The notes under the pieces were generated by a model. It saw only the letters and a list, made by a program, of their open reading frames with translations, searched no databases and was not told the DNA's origin. A DNA stretch of 63,985 nt, filler included, from Perkinsus chesapeaki ATCC PRA-425 (lineage: Eukaryota; Protista; Perkinsozoa), in NCBI GenBank assembly GCA_013115145.1. It is 9 parts of 9 records of this genome, joined end to end, with 100 filler letters (N's around TTAATTAATTAA, not from the genome) between each part and the next. Parts side by side here need not be neighbours in the genome. Positions count along the whole stretch, not along the records: positions 12,484 to 28,157 come from JAAPAO010000723.1; 8 more parts are not named here. One strand, written 5' to 3'. Position 1 is the stretch's first letter. Each line of letters starts with the position of its first letter. The translations under genes were made by a program, and so were the position numbers. Of this stretch, positions 12,484 through 26,441 are shown in pieces.

Positions 12484-14261
12484 AGGCAAATGTCTCAGTT
12501 GGATTATTCTTCCACGCAACCTTCTTTGTATTGTGTTCCCACTACGACCTTCAACACCGTCCTAGCAAGGATGCTCATACACTGTGTCGGGGTTCTCGTT
12601 GAACTGCTCGGTTTTCGAAATTTCCGTTAACAGTTCATCGAGCTTTCGTTAACTTGACAAACTTGTGCGTTGGCTGGACGTGCAGCCGACCCGCGTTCGA
12701 TTCAAGACCAGTCAGCACTCACAACAGTGGTTATATCGGACACACCATGTATAAATGAGAGTTATCTCGTATTGAGAGCAGGTATCGACTCAATGGCAGG
12801 TGTTAATATGATGAAAGAAAAAATACTTGAGAGATTGGGCAGTAGTCTTCAGAAGACCAATCAACCATACAGATTCATGGCATTAGTATTACAATGGCAT
12901 TGACAGAAAAGTGCTTCGCCTATACTTCATTAGGAGATCACCAGGCCAAATTAGAATATGTCGTATGCCCAGACCAGAGCATGCCAGAAACGGTAGATAT
13001 TCTCATTGGAAAACTCAGCTTTGATAGACTTGGAATATCATTAGTGATCCCATCGAGAGACTTGCTGAAAGCTCCATCAATACCAGATATGAGAAGGACG
13101 GAATCTGAGACGATAAGATTTGGTAGAGAAGTTCTATCAGGAAAGTTGGATATACCTTCTCCGTTGCCAGGATCACCCAAATATCGTGGTACATTGAAGA
13201 GATTAGGCAAGGGTGATACGAAGGATCATGATAGGCAGATATATAAATATGTTATCACCTGGCCAGATGATCAATTCCCCTGAAAAAGCGTGCAGATAAC
13301 GGAGGAGGAGCCTATGATCACTCTTACTCTATCCTGGATAGCACGGATAAGTCTCAGAGTGAGGAGTTCCAAGCTGAAATAACCAACTATATTAAGAAGG
13401 ATTGGCGGGAACTACCATCAGAGAGTGAGTCTGATAGAGAGCTATTAGGAGATGTTTGTACATTTCCAGTAGCACAATCAGTCCTGAAAACGACAAAGGT
13501 CAGACCATGTACTGATTGCAGATCTTTGAGTAGTACATTACCTGTAGCATCCTACGAAGGCTACCCAATTTTTCAGAGTACTGCTCTAGTAAGGACAAGA
13601 TGGAAGCTGTCGTTCTCGTTTTGAGTAAAGCTTTTTATAAGCTGCACCCGGGAGACAAAAAAGCGCTTCGCATCTTGAGCAATAATCAGTGATACCTCTG
13701 TTCAAGACTCTTGAATCAAGAGTGGCTTTTAGACTTACATTTGGTCCAGCCGCCTTGGCAGGAGAAGTCCTTTTGCTCCTTATTTGCTCCTTTTCTGGGC
13801 TCTTAAGAAGGACCGTGACTTGTTCCTCGACCAGGGATTTCACAGATCTAGTACCTGAACTATACGTAGTACCGTACTATGATGACATAATGGTATGGGG
13901 CGACCCGCTACTAGTGGAACGCTTCATAGCAATACTTACTAGCCTGGCTCCTTTACTTGGAGCAGACTTCCCCTTAGATAAAAGAGACTGGGTCCGCAAA
14001 GATAGTCGTCCTTCGAAAGAGTCTTGCCACCTTGGATGCAACTGGTCTTCAGATATACACGGCAATCTGAACATTGGATGTATAGTGCCAGCTTTGGGAG
14101 AAGTAGTAATCCCGAATCCTATTACGAGACGGGATATATTTCGTCTTGCTGGTTACCTCAAAGACAATGTCTTTGTCTTTACGATTTTTCTATTTCGGCA
14201 TGCGAAGGCCTGTGCGGTCGTTATGCGTACGGCTATGCCTAAGGTATATATATTGTCATAG
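12484..14261 (+). mobile_element. Degenerate LTR-retrotransposon pol (protease-RT-RNase H remnant, BEL/Pao-like)
   Basis: Protease-like IDSMAG and DILIGKLSFDRLG; FPVAQSVLKTTKVRPCTDCRSL; RT motif YVVPYYDDIMVWG. Multiple frameshifts and stops. Confidence 0.75.
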
Positions 14262-14321
14262 TCTTTGATGAGTTTTTTGGAAGTATCCAGTTGTTAAAAT
14301 GTTGTACATTTCACGCGGGCA

Positions 14322-15066
14322 ATGTGCGCTGAGCGCACTGCGCTTCAGCGCAGTTTACGGAGACTCGTGAACCATTGTACGATTTTCCGGTGTTTATACT
14401 CGACGGTATTACTCTGTTATTACTGTTATTGTATTGTGCGCCGTGACACCGATGGCGTCACATATTTGTGCATGCGTGCTAACTTAGCAGTGCTAAGGCC
14501 CCCGCTGTTGCAACTCGGCACTATCTTGCTAACTTGTCTCGTCTTTCAAATACCCTTAGAATAGCTATAGTAGAGATTTTTGATTTGATCTACAGCAGTA
14601 TCAGTCAGCAGTCTAACGGTACCTTGCGTTCTACAAGTTACCTTATAATCTCTGAGATCACAACTCCGCGCAGGCGCTTGCCTCGTTTTAAAAAGGTTAG
14701 ATTAAGGACAGGAGTGAGTTGAGCAGCTCAACTGAGGCCAGTAAGGCCAGTAAGAATCAGAACCTCAAAATCGAGCTTCTGATTCTTACTGGCCCGGGAC
14801 TTAGGCCGGAGCTTAAGTTAGTAGACTGTGTTGAGGTTTACTAGCCGCTAGTGGTTATACTTCATACGTTAAGCAACGTAGTCGACGGTCTGGTTACGGC
14901 AATTGTCTTTAGTAATAGGCATTGTGTTCATTGGTTACTGTGGGTTGACACACAGCGACAAGGGTTCTAATGAGGATATTGACTTGGCTTGACGTATCAT
15001 CTCGAGGGGGAGAGTGACTAAGGTTAGGAAGCGTTCCTCGAGACGTATTCGTGCTAAGATATCCGA
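14322..15066 (+). mobile_element. 5' LTR, leader and start of ORF1 of a BEL/Pao-like element (truncated copy)
   Basis: Begins TGTGCGCT and aligns by eye with the reverse complement of 50770-51275, including the ORF1 start region (KVRKRSSRRIRAKIS). Confidence 0.8.
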
Positions 15067-16345
15067 AATCTTATTTATCTTGTTTTTCTCATTGAAATTG
15101 GTACGAATTGTGTTCCCGGCAGCCCGGCGGGCTGCCCTTTGTATACTGCAGTGTCAGATTCTTGTATTGCTTGACGAGAAATTTTCGTCTGAAACCGTGC
15201 TGTTTTTCCTCACCGAGCTACCTATCATCCTCATTGTACTAGACTCTGATAACCTGAGTGTAACTTCAGCGCTCTGGGGAGGGTCAAGAGCGCCTTACGG
15301 GCAACCATGAAAGATGAGGAATGAGATTGACTATTTCGTTGTCACTTTCACAGAGATGTCGTTTATCGAATAGAGTCGAAAAAAAACCGGCCTACGATTT
15401 CATAGCCGGAACTGACTTCAGGCGCAAACACTTCGCGTCTTCCCTGATGTTATAGGAGTTGGTACTCAAATCGAATGGACTTTACTCTTTGAGTTGAGAA
15501 AGCGAGAAAAATTCCCTCAACTCATAGCCTATGAGCCATAGGAAAAATTATCGGAAAAAAGGATAGGTGATTCAGAATTACTAATTCACACCATATAACT
15601 TGTTTGGTACAAGGGACCCGGGCACCGGCGTCGGGCCCCGGGGTGTGCCCCCCTGGGTTTCTGGAAGGTTGGGCGCACACGAAGATTTGGTTCAGTCCGA
15701 TTTCGTACTCCTCAAACTCGTACACTCGAGGGCTCGTACACAATCACTGGTAATCATGCTTTTCTGGTGACTATTCGCCCGTTTATGAAAATATTCTAAC
15801 TTAATTTGGCAATTCTGGCAGCGGCAAAAATTTCGCTCGCCCATATATCAGTAACTAGGCATGAAACGGTTACAATATTGTGACAAGTGGGTCTGAACTA
15901 CCATATGCGTAAGTTACGCAGCGTAACATATCCGAAAATGAGCACTAAACTCGTTCCCGTTGTGAAGTAATGATATTATTTCAAAATATTCTAAGTTTAT
16001 TTGGAGGACTGTATAATATTGTAACGGGGTTCATTTCCATCGCGGAAATCTCCGAAAAGTTTCAGGAATTTCCTGCGGAAATTCTCTCAAGCACCCTATG
16101 CAGTAACTGGTAACTAGCCTCCATCTCGACTTGTTAATTAATAAAAACAGAATACTATCACAATGCTTATAATTCATCATTATCATCATCATCTACTACT
16201 AGTATCATACCATCATTAATAGTCGTTGGCTTCATTATTCTTCTTGGTGATGGTGGTATATTTATATTATCTTCTATTACTTTCTCTTTCTCATCATTCG
16301 TATTATTCACAGTATCTATATCCATTACAAATATTAATATATGAT

Positions 16346-17006
16346 TTATGTATTCTTTATACCTTTAGTATCCTCCTTCCCGTTTATCCCATTATCACCT
16401 TCCTCGACAACATCCTCTTTATTATCCTTTAATTCATCTGCTGCTTTTGCTTGTTTATTATATCCTTGTTTATTGAGTTTTCTCCTCATCCTTCTAGCCC
16501 TCTTTTTTTCGGTTCTTTCAATATCTTTTTTAATATTACCTTCCCTTTTACGATGATATTCCAAATTCTAAGAATAAGTCTTCTATTACTACTTCTACCC
16601 GACTTGCTACCTTTTGCATTATATCCCAATCTTCATCCATTTTACGTAATCTTTCTAATTCAATACTTCTATGTCTTTGGTATTTACCAAAGAAATCACT
16701 ACCAGCTCCAGCTGAGCTACCTTGTACTGATCTTTGTCTGTCAAATACTAATAATAATACTACATCATACATACCTAATATAACATATTTTTATTACCTG
16801 GTTTTTTGGGATTATTTTTATAATTATCCATGGCTTCTTGATCCTCCATAGCTGTTGATTTAGTTGATGATATATTTATTAATACACCTTATTGATAATA
16901 ACCTTTATTATTAACAACCCTCTTTGTTACTATTATTACCATCAGATGTTAATACTACTTCATTATTATCTTCTGATATTGATGATGACAACAACGACAT
17001 CGACAT
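16346..17006 (-). CDS. PRKRIP1: PRKR-interacting protein 1 homolog (DUF1168), multi-exon
   Basis: SVQGSSAGAGSDFFGKYQRHRSIELERLRKMD...TEKKRARRMRRKL matches the GSSAGAGS family motif followed by a charged helix. The 5' exons are approximate. Confidence 0.8.
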
Positions 17007-17134
17007 GTGTTTAACATATCCATATAATATATATTAATAGTATACAACACAACAACATGACATTATTATTGAGAATAATAATAATCATGATTAAATAGTT
17101 TAAAAACTTATCAAAACTATTAAATATCATAAAC

Positions 17135-19299
17135 TTATTCTTCTTTACCATCACTCTCTTCTTCTTGTTCACCAAATTCATGTATAATATCTTTATTATT
17201 ATTTATTATAGTTACACTACAATTATTAGATTCAGCAGCTTTAGTGATCTCATTAATAGTATCATTTAATGAACATGACATTGGATCATAAGCTTTAACT
17301 TTAATACCAACCTCAGATGTTTCATTAACGGATGAACCTAGTCTTATTCTATTAAAATGTACAGTACTTTTATGTGATTCAACAATATCTAATACTGAAT
17401 TAATCAATTGTGAATCAAATAAATGCCCACGTAATATAATACTACTCTCAACATCATTAGTATTATCACCACCTAAAAACAACAACAATATAGGACTATA
17501 TATAATATATTATTAATTATTATTATATTACTACCTTTGACTATACTAGTAATAGTATTATTATCTGTGTTATTATTTCCAGCTTTATTAGCATACTCCT
17601 CTTCACTAGATGATGATGATACAAGATTATTGTTACTTTTATTATTTTTATGCAATTTATTATGTCCATCAACTCTATTAATAATATTCTTTAATAAAGA
17701 CATATGCCCTTCAATACTTATTAAATATCTACCAACCATGGCTACTTGCATATCAATCTCATCTTTAGTAACATTGAAATGTGGTGTAAATCTTAATGCA
17801 TTTTCACCACCATGTATAACACCAATACCATGACATCTTAACCAATGTTCAGCACCTGTAAATGCTACTACTGGTATATCTTTGTGTAAATGTATGGCAT
17901 ACAATAAACCAGTACCAGTAACATTAACAACCGCATGGGGGAATTTGTCCTGTAATCTTTTATATTCTTGTATAGCATATTTACCCATATTAACTATATT
18001 ATTTCTAATATTAATATTATTCATACTATTTAATACAGATAATACTGTATTACACGCTCTTGGATTACCAGTCATAGTATTACCATAAACACCATGTCTA
18101 TAATAAGATGATGCTCTTTCATTCATAACTAATATTGATACTGGATACTGTCCACCATTAATAGCTTTAGAGAACACTTCAAAATCAGGTGGTGGTAGAT
18201 TTTGATAATTAGGATAATCCATAATGCTTAATACCCCCATACATCTAAAACCAGCTTGTACTGAATCAATAATAAGTATTGAATCATGTTTAATAGTTAA
18301 TTCTCTGGCCAAGGCATAAAATTCAGGTTTTATCTGTTGACCAGGATTACCTTCACCCATAACTGCTTCCATCATAACCTAATAACCGAACAAGTAGTAC
18401 TAGTGATAGGATTCAATAATAATTATTATTACACATTCAATAAATTTGCCTTCATCTTCAGCATCTTTAAATACTTGTTTAAGTTGTTGTATATTATTAG
18501 GTTCAACAGTTATTGAATAATCAGATTGTGCACTAATAATACTTTCACATCGATGTTTTCGATATCTAATAATTATAATTATATTATAATATAAAACTAC
18601 TAACTTACGTATCTTTGCAACTACTACTGAATACAGCAGGTCTGAAGGTACGGCCATGAAATGAGCCTTTTAATGATAAACCTAATAATGGTCTATTATT
18701 ACGTACTTGACCAGTATGTATCTATTAATAATGTATAAAATATTATATAATATTATTATTACATCCATAATCCTATCAGCCACTGAATTACCCTCTGAAC
18801 CAGAATTCATCATTAATATTGAATAATATGGGCAACCATTGGGTCTAGTATGACCAATCTCATTTTTAATAGCATTCATAACATTTAATTGTGTTAATGA
18901 TGGTGTCATGATATTAGCCATAACATATTCATTACCCATATTATTAATAACATTATCTGGATTGTGTCCTAATCCTAACATACCATAACCACCACTATCA
19001 TGAATAACACTGCCATGCAATGTAATCATCCATGGGCCTTTACCACCAATAGGTATATATGGATTACGGGTATCATTTGAATAAAAATGACACCAACCAT
19101 CACAGATACTCTTAATAAGTTGTCCTTCTGGTATTTTATATGTATTATTACCATCTAATGTTTTCCATATATTGTAACTACTAATAATAGCTATTGTTAG
19201 ATTATGATCACGTCCAATAAACTTTTCAATAATATCATCTGATAAACCAATGGTCTCTTTAGGACCAGCGGATAATCTCATTTCACGTAATAAATCCAT
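17135..19299 (-). CDS. Class-III PLP aminotransferase (ornithine/lysine-aminotransferase-like) with a C-terminal LOR/SDH conserved (Saccharop_dh_N-like) domain
   Basis: Motifs DSGGYGMLGLGH, NSGSEG, GSFHGRT, EAVMGEG, IDSVQAGFR, PLP lysine in FSKAINGG, ALRFTP. The last exon has ILRGHLFDSQLINSVLDIVE. A phase-1 GT-AG intron joins the two parts in frame. Confidence 0.85.
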
Positions 19300-19433
19300 A
19301 ATGGGATAATAACCAACCGAGCCGATGAACAGCAACGACGACGCAGTGAAGTGATGATGAAGAGGCGTTGAGGAAATGTAAGAATTGCAAGATATCAATC
19401 TCTATTAAGTTGCTGTTGATTGTGGCCCCCCAA

Positions 19434-22400
19434 ATGTCATCATATAGAAGATCATCATTATCATGTTCGATGGTTCATGATGATAGCCATAGCTATGGTC
19501 ATCGTGAGGATGTTATCAGACCATTATATAAGGTTAAGTTACCATTAATAAAGGATAACACATTAATAACTAAAGAGTATGATATTAATAGGATATATAA
19601 TAAAGCTAATAGTAAGTATTAATATAATAATATATGGGATATGATATATAATAGATATTAATGAAAGATCATCATTAAAAAGATTACCAAAGATAAAATC
19701 AAGAATATTATTAAAAGATGGTATTACTAGTTCATCGCAGCGGCTTATTACTAGTACATCACAACGACTTATTAAGGTAATAAATTAGTAATAGTATATT
19801 ATATATAGGTGTAATATATTAGGGTATAAAAGATAGATATAATATAAAGAATAATAATAAACTGAATAAGAATAATAGTGGTATATTAAAATTAATAACA
19901 GATGATATTGATTATAATAATATATATAATAATAAAGATAATAATATACCTAATCGATGGTGGAGTTCAATAATAAAAGATAGTAAAGGTAATTAAGGGT
20001 TATATTAATACTAGAATAATATAATATATAAATAATATAGATAAAGATATACTAGAGGTTGATGTTAATGAAGGAGAAACCGCAGGAGCAGCAGCAGGAG
20101 CAGGAGTAGTGGAATTATTAGAAGAAGCACCAACATTAGAAGCCTTTGATGATATTGATAAATATGAGATACATAGACCAATGGAATGGGTTAATATGCT
20201 ATGTCGTAACAGTAATAATAAAGAATATAATGCATATTGTTATTATTATATTAATAATGGTAAAGGATTATTCGAGTATACTATGATACCGTGTACTGTT
20301 ATTGGATATAATAGTAAGTAGTAATAATAATATTTATTAATAATATATTATTAATAGATATTAATAATAAATATATAGTTAAAATATATGGTGATAAAAT
20401 TAAAGAAGTTAATAGATTATCAATAAGATTTAAACAAGAAGATTATAATAACTGGTATAATAGACGATATGCATGTGAATGTAATAAAGATGAATATAAT
20501 AAAAGGGTAGTAATAATAATATAGTAATAAGAATTATTATGATGATTATAGTAGGTTAAATTAATAAAGCTTATTAATAAATGTATATCATATGATCATG
20601 TATATTATAATAATGATAAGTTATATAATAATTTAATTTATGATTATAAAGTATTATTAAAAGAATTAAAAAAGGAAATAGATAATGATTATTTACATTC
20701 GATGAAGGTTAATACGTTAATAACATTAATAATGAAGCAGAATAATAGAATAAATTGTAATAATAATAATAAGGAACCAACTTTGAGAGCGTTATTTAAT
20801 AATACGTAATATATAAATATTGATGTTATGCCGTTATTATTATTACAGATATGGTTACCTAATCGATAGATTAATAAATACAATACATCCATTAAGAGGG
20901 TATTATGGTTATGCGTTTAATAATAACAACGTAATAATAATATAATAATAATATATAGTAATATATACTTATATAGGAAAATGTTGTAATAAGTAGAATT
21001 AAAGGATTAATAAAGCATACAACAAGCTATGATATAATAGATGATAATAATAATAAGGTGCTGTTGAAGGTGATAGAAGGGAATGCTGTTGATGATGATG
21101 ATATTAAAGGAGTGGAACTAAAAAGGGGTATATTTAATAAAGATATACATAATATATTACTTAATATTAAATATAAGTAATAAATTAAATAATAATTATT
21201 TATATTATCATCTTATTATAGGGATCGTTATATGTTATGTTATAATAAAGCTGATATTAAAACTATAGATGATATATTTAATAATGATGATAATAATAAT
21301 GATGATAATAATAATGATGATAATAATGATTGTTGTTGTGGTGGTGGATATGGTATTAATGAGGTATATTTAATAGATGTTACTAGGGGTAATATGAGTG
21401 GTGGTGGAGGAGGAGGTAGTAGTAATACAGCAGCAGCAGCACCATTATTAATGATTAAATTAAAGAAAAAACAATTAAATATTATTAAAGGTAATAAGTT
21501 ATTAGTTATTGCAAGTACTTGATATTTAATACTAATAGATGATACCGCCGGCGGGGGGAAGGAAGTTAAGTTTAATAATAGATTAAATAAAGGTTATGTT
21601 GATAAAGCTATGAAACTTGATGAGTACGTATTATTATTGATACTTAGTATTATTGAATATGTCTTGTTGTTATTATTATTAGATATATTAAATTAATGAA
21701 GTTACATAATAAATTATTAATAGATGAACTAATGAGGGAGTGGAAAGGATTAATAATGTCAGATATTATTGATTTGTTGAATGATATGTAATAATAATAC
21801 TACTTAACTATTATTGTTATGATGTTGTTGATGTTGATTATTGCTATTAGGTATAAATTAGAAATAGATAATAGTAATGCAGATGAATATTTTAATAAAT
21901 TAATGATACATCGTATGTTAAAACGTATAGATTTAATGTTGAGGGATTGTATTAAATCATTAGTAATAAGTAGTAGCTGTAGTAGTAGTATGGTGGTAGT
22001 GGTGATATATGGATAATGGTATGATGTTTAATTATTATTAGGTTACGAGAAGTTGTTATGCATGGATTGATTTAATGAAATTATATTTGCCTTATAGATA
22101 TCATTTACTAAATACTTCATCTTTAATAATAATAAAGTAATAATAATATAGTAGTATATTGTTGTTTAATAATAATATTATTAGCTATAACATGGTGTAT
22201 ATACAAGATAATAATGAAGATGAGAGTGGTAGTAAAGTTAAAATAATAATGGATCCATCAAAAGGTGATTTAAAGGAGTCATTACTGAATATGGTAATCA
22301 TGAGTATTAATAATAATAATTATTATTAATAGATAAATTATTGCTTAAATGATAATATTAAATTATTATTAGAGACAAGCATTGAGGAGAATGTAATAAC

Positions 22401-25400
22401 TGGAATTGATTGGTCTAAGCATAAGTTAGAATATGATAATAGTAATGATGATATTATTAATAATACAAATAATATAACAATAAGAGCTTTAGAGGCATCA
22501 TTGAAGAGACCATTACAAATTTATGAATTGTAAGAATAGTATATAATATATATAATTTAATAATACGTTATTATTGTTGTTATTATTAGGTATAATATAT
22601 TTATACCATTTATTAATAATATTACTTTGCATTCAAATAGTAATGATGATTATAAGATATATGAAAGTTTATTAAAAAGTTTACCGAATAATAATTGTAG
22701 TAAAGCAGGTGATGAGAATGAAGATGTAGAGGGAGTAGGGTATGATGGTGGTGGTAGTAGAAGGAATAGTATGAGACGGAGTAGTATTAAAGGGAAGGGG
22801 GGCGGAAGTAGGAGGAGACAGTCTGGAGGAGTAGTTAGGTCAGGGGGGTTTAATAATACAATAACAATAATGAAAAATAAAGTAATAATAGAATGGTGGT
22901 GAGGTAGTAGTATTATTATTAGTTATATTATTTAAAAAGATGTAGAAATGAGATAATCAATATATGTCCAGAAGGTATAATAGAGTATAAAATGTTTCAA
23001 GTAGTAGTAATGTTGTCTACTAATACTGATTGTTATTATTAGATGCATACAAGTGATGTGGGTAATGGTTTAATTAATAATATTGATAATATTATTAAAA
23101 GTATATATGAATATATGTAATAATAATATGAATAATGTTGTTATTCGGTGGTGTTGTATTAATAAGGTGGTATTATTAGGTATAATGAACTTTGTGTAAG
23201 ACTAAATAATATAGATAATAAATGGAATAAATGCTTGGAGAAAATAAAAAGTATACCAAATAATGAAGAAGAATTATCAGAGTTAAAGTTATATATGGGT
23301 AATATTAATGATGATATAAAAACACCAAATGTAGAGGAATTAAATGAATTAAAGGAAGTATATAATTTATTAAATGAATATTATTATAATAATATGGATA
23401 GTAAAAGAATTATTGAAGATATATTAAACATGTCACATTGGCCATTAACAATAGCAATTGAATGTATAGAAAGAAGTAAAAGAATGGAAGTTGAAAAAAG
23501 GGAATTTATTAATAAATTAGGAATGGATAAGGAAGAGTAATAATAATAGATTATATTAATAATATATATCATTATTATTAATAGGTTTGAGAATGATATT
23601 AAACAATGGAATAATGATTTAAAGCATATTAAAGATGATTTAGATGATATAAATAAAGCTACTGAGTACTATTATAGGGTTTATTAAATATAATTATTAT
23701 TATTACAGTGTTTTATCGTTATTAGGTATGCTGGAAAAATAAGTGGATTACATGACAGATTAGTTAACGGTAGTAAAAGGGTTGAAGATTTTCATAAAAG
23801 AGAAGCGTTATTTGGTATAGAAGCAACAGATAGTGAGGATTTAGAAACATTAATAAGAGAATATAATAATAGTTATTATAAATTATGGTGTATAGCTATA
23901 GATTATAAATATGCACAAGATGAATGGATTAATGGATCACCAATTATTAAATTAAATTCAGTTAATATTAATAATAGTATTAATAAATGGAAGGAGGAGG
24001 TAATAATATTAATGAGGCTGAGAATGATAATAATAATAATTATTAACATCAGATTGATGATCTTGAAAAAGTTGAATTTAATGATAAGATGAAAAATCCA
24101 GTACAAGTTAAAATAATATCTGATTTACGAGATAAAATAGATACATTTATAAGAGAGTAAGTATTAATAGTATTAGTATTAGTATTAGTATTAGTATTAG
24201 TATAATAATTAGATATTTATGGTTAATTGATATATTATGTATAGAGGAACATTGTGAACAACATTTTATGCAAGCCAAGTATTGGTATAGAATATTGGAT
24301 ATAATACCATTACAAGAAATGGCTAATAATGAAGAAGGAGAAGGAGAAGAAGAAGGAGGAGGTAAATAATGATAATAATAATTATTAAGAGATAATAATA
24401 GTAATAATTAGATCATACGAGGAGTAGGAATAGTAAAGTTGGTGGTGGTATTAATAATAATACTACTCCAGTAACAGAATTAACACTTGATAATTTATCT
24501 GGTATTAATTATGTTATTAGTGAAGTTAAAGGAATTATTAATGAGGCTAAGACTGAGTAATAATATCATCATCATCATCATTATCATTATAATAATAACA
24601 CTAACATCATTAAATATTATTATTATTAGATTCTCATACATTAATAATGTTAAAAATATTAAATACAACTGGTCATTATCAGCATCATTGAATAGTATTA
24701 TGAAGTATAGAAATAATAATAAAATAATAATAGAAGAAGATAAGGATAATGTAGGGGATGGTGGTGGTGGAGGTGGAGGAGGAGGTATTATTATTGAGTT
24801 AATACAAGTAGCTGCTGCTGCTACTGCTGCTGGTGTTGGTGGTAATTATAGTAATAAATATATACTAAATTATGATAACATTATAAATAATATATTACCA
24901 ATTATTCAAGATGAATGTAATATAATAATGAAAATAAAAGAATGTGTCGGATGTGACAAAGTAATAAATGATAACGGTGAAGAAGAAGATTATATGATTA
25001 ATGGTAATAATGAACAAGATGATACAGATGAAGATGATGAAGTATTGCAAAGATTAAGGATGGATGTTAAAGATTGGAGTAAAGTAAGTATATGATACAT
25101 GTATAGTAATAGTGAAGATATTGGACATTATGTTAGAAATTGGAAGAGATAGCTCGGGCGTTCGAATTGATAACACAATTAAATGGATTATATTATACAT
25201 TAAAAACAACAACATCACGATCAAATACTAATGATAATGATGATGACGATGTTATTGGAAGTTATGAGAGATTTTGGCATGATACATTTATGCCTTATAT
25301 TGAGCAACAATCTATAATAGAATTTAATCAAATAAAAGAAAGTAATAATAGTAATATAATATAACAAAGATTATATCAGGTGGTAAAGAAGTAATGGTGG

Positions 25401-26441
25401 AATGTAATAATAGTATAGATAGATCCGATAATAATAGTAGTAATAAAGAGGAGGAGGAGGCCGTAGTAGTAATAATGGAATCTAGTAGTAGTAATAATAA
25501 ATATATATCGGGTATAGGATTGATGGATAGTATAAGAAAATATGTAATATAACCATTATTATTAATAATACTACTATTATTGTTTAGGGTAATGATTTAT
25601 ATCTTTTTTATGATGAATTATGGAACTATTTCATAAATCATGCTAAGATATTAAATAGCGAGAATGATGATAAAAATGATAATGATGAAAGGGCTTGTTT
25701 ATTATTACATAATTATGTTAGTAAGATGTATGATAATATGAAGGATACAATAATACGCAGTAAACTTATTAATAGAGAAATAAAAGAGAAAAAGAATAAT
25801 AATGAACAAGAAGAAGAAGACGATGATGATTATTATTATTATTATTATGATTACGACGATGAATATAATAATAGAATAATAATTAGTAATAATATATATA
25901 AATGGATAGATAATAATGGTGATATTAATAATATTATATCACAATAATAATAATATTAATTGATGATGCATTTTAAGATGATTTTTAAAATTAATGTTGT
26001 CGATACACATGATATTAAATAATTGTTGTTCTTACTACTACTAATGATGATGTTGTTATTATTGTTACTATTGTGTTAATAATATATAGTATTGGTATTA
26101 GCTAATATTTTTGAATGTTAATATTAAATAATCAATATTCGTATATTAATGATATGACTCCTGCTGCTTCTACTGCTTCTACTAATAATATTAAATATAT
26201 ACCTTTATTATGTGTAACTACATTTATTACGTTAATATTTGGTATAAGTAAAATAGTGCTTGTATATGATATATGGGGTGGTTTACAATATATTATATTA
26301 TCATATATTGGTATTAAAGTAGCCCTATACTATTATTATTATAATAATAATAGAATCATGGCATTAGTTATATCATATATTTTAATATATTTTATATTAA
26401 ATTCATTAACTTTGTTATTTGATATATTATTATTAATGTAG
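19434..26441 (+). CDS. Highly diverged axonemal dynein heavy chain-like gene (DNAH1-type tail/DHC_N2), many small AT-rich introns
   Basis: AFDDIDKYEIHRPMEWVNM and VNRLSIRFKQEDY resemble the DNAH1 N-terminus. HWPLTIAIEC...EKREFINKL, VEDFHKREALFGIEATD and LWCIAIDYKYAQDEWINGSP resemble DHC_N2. The 3' boundary is uncertain. Confidence 0.65.
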
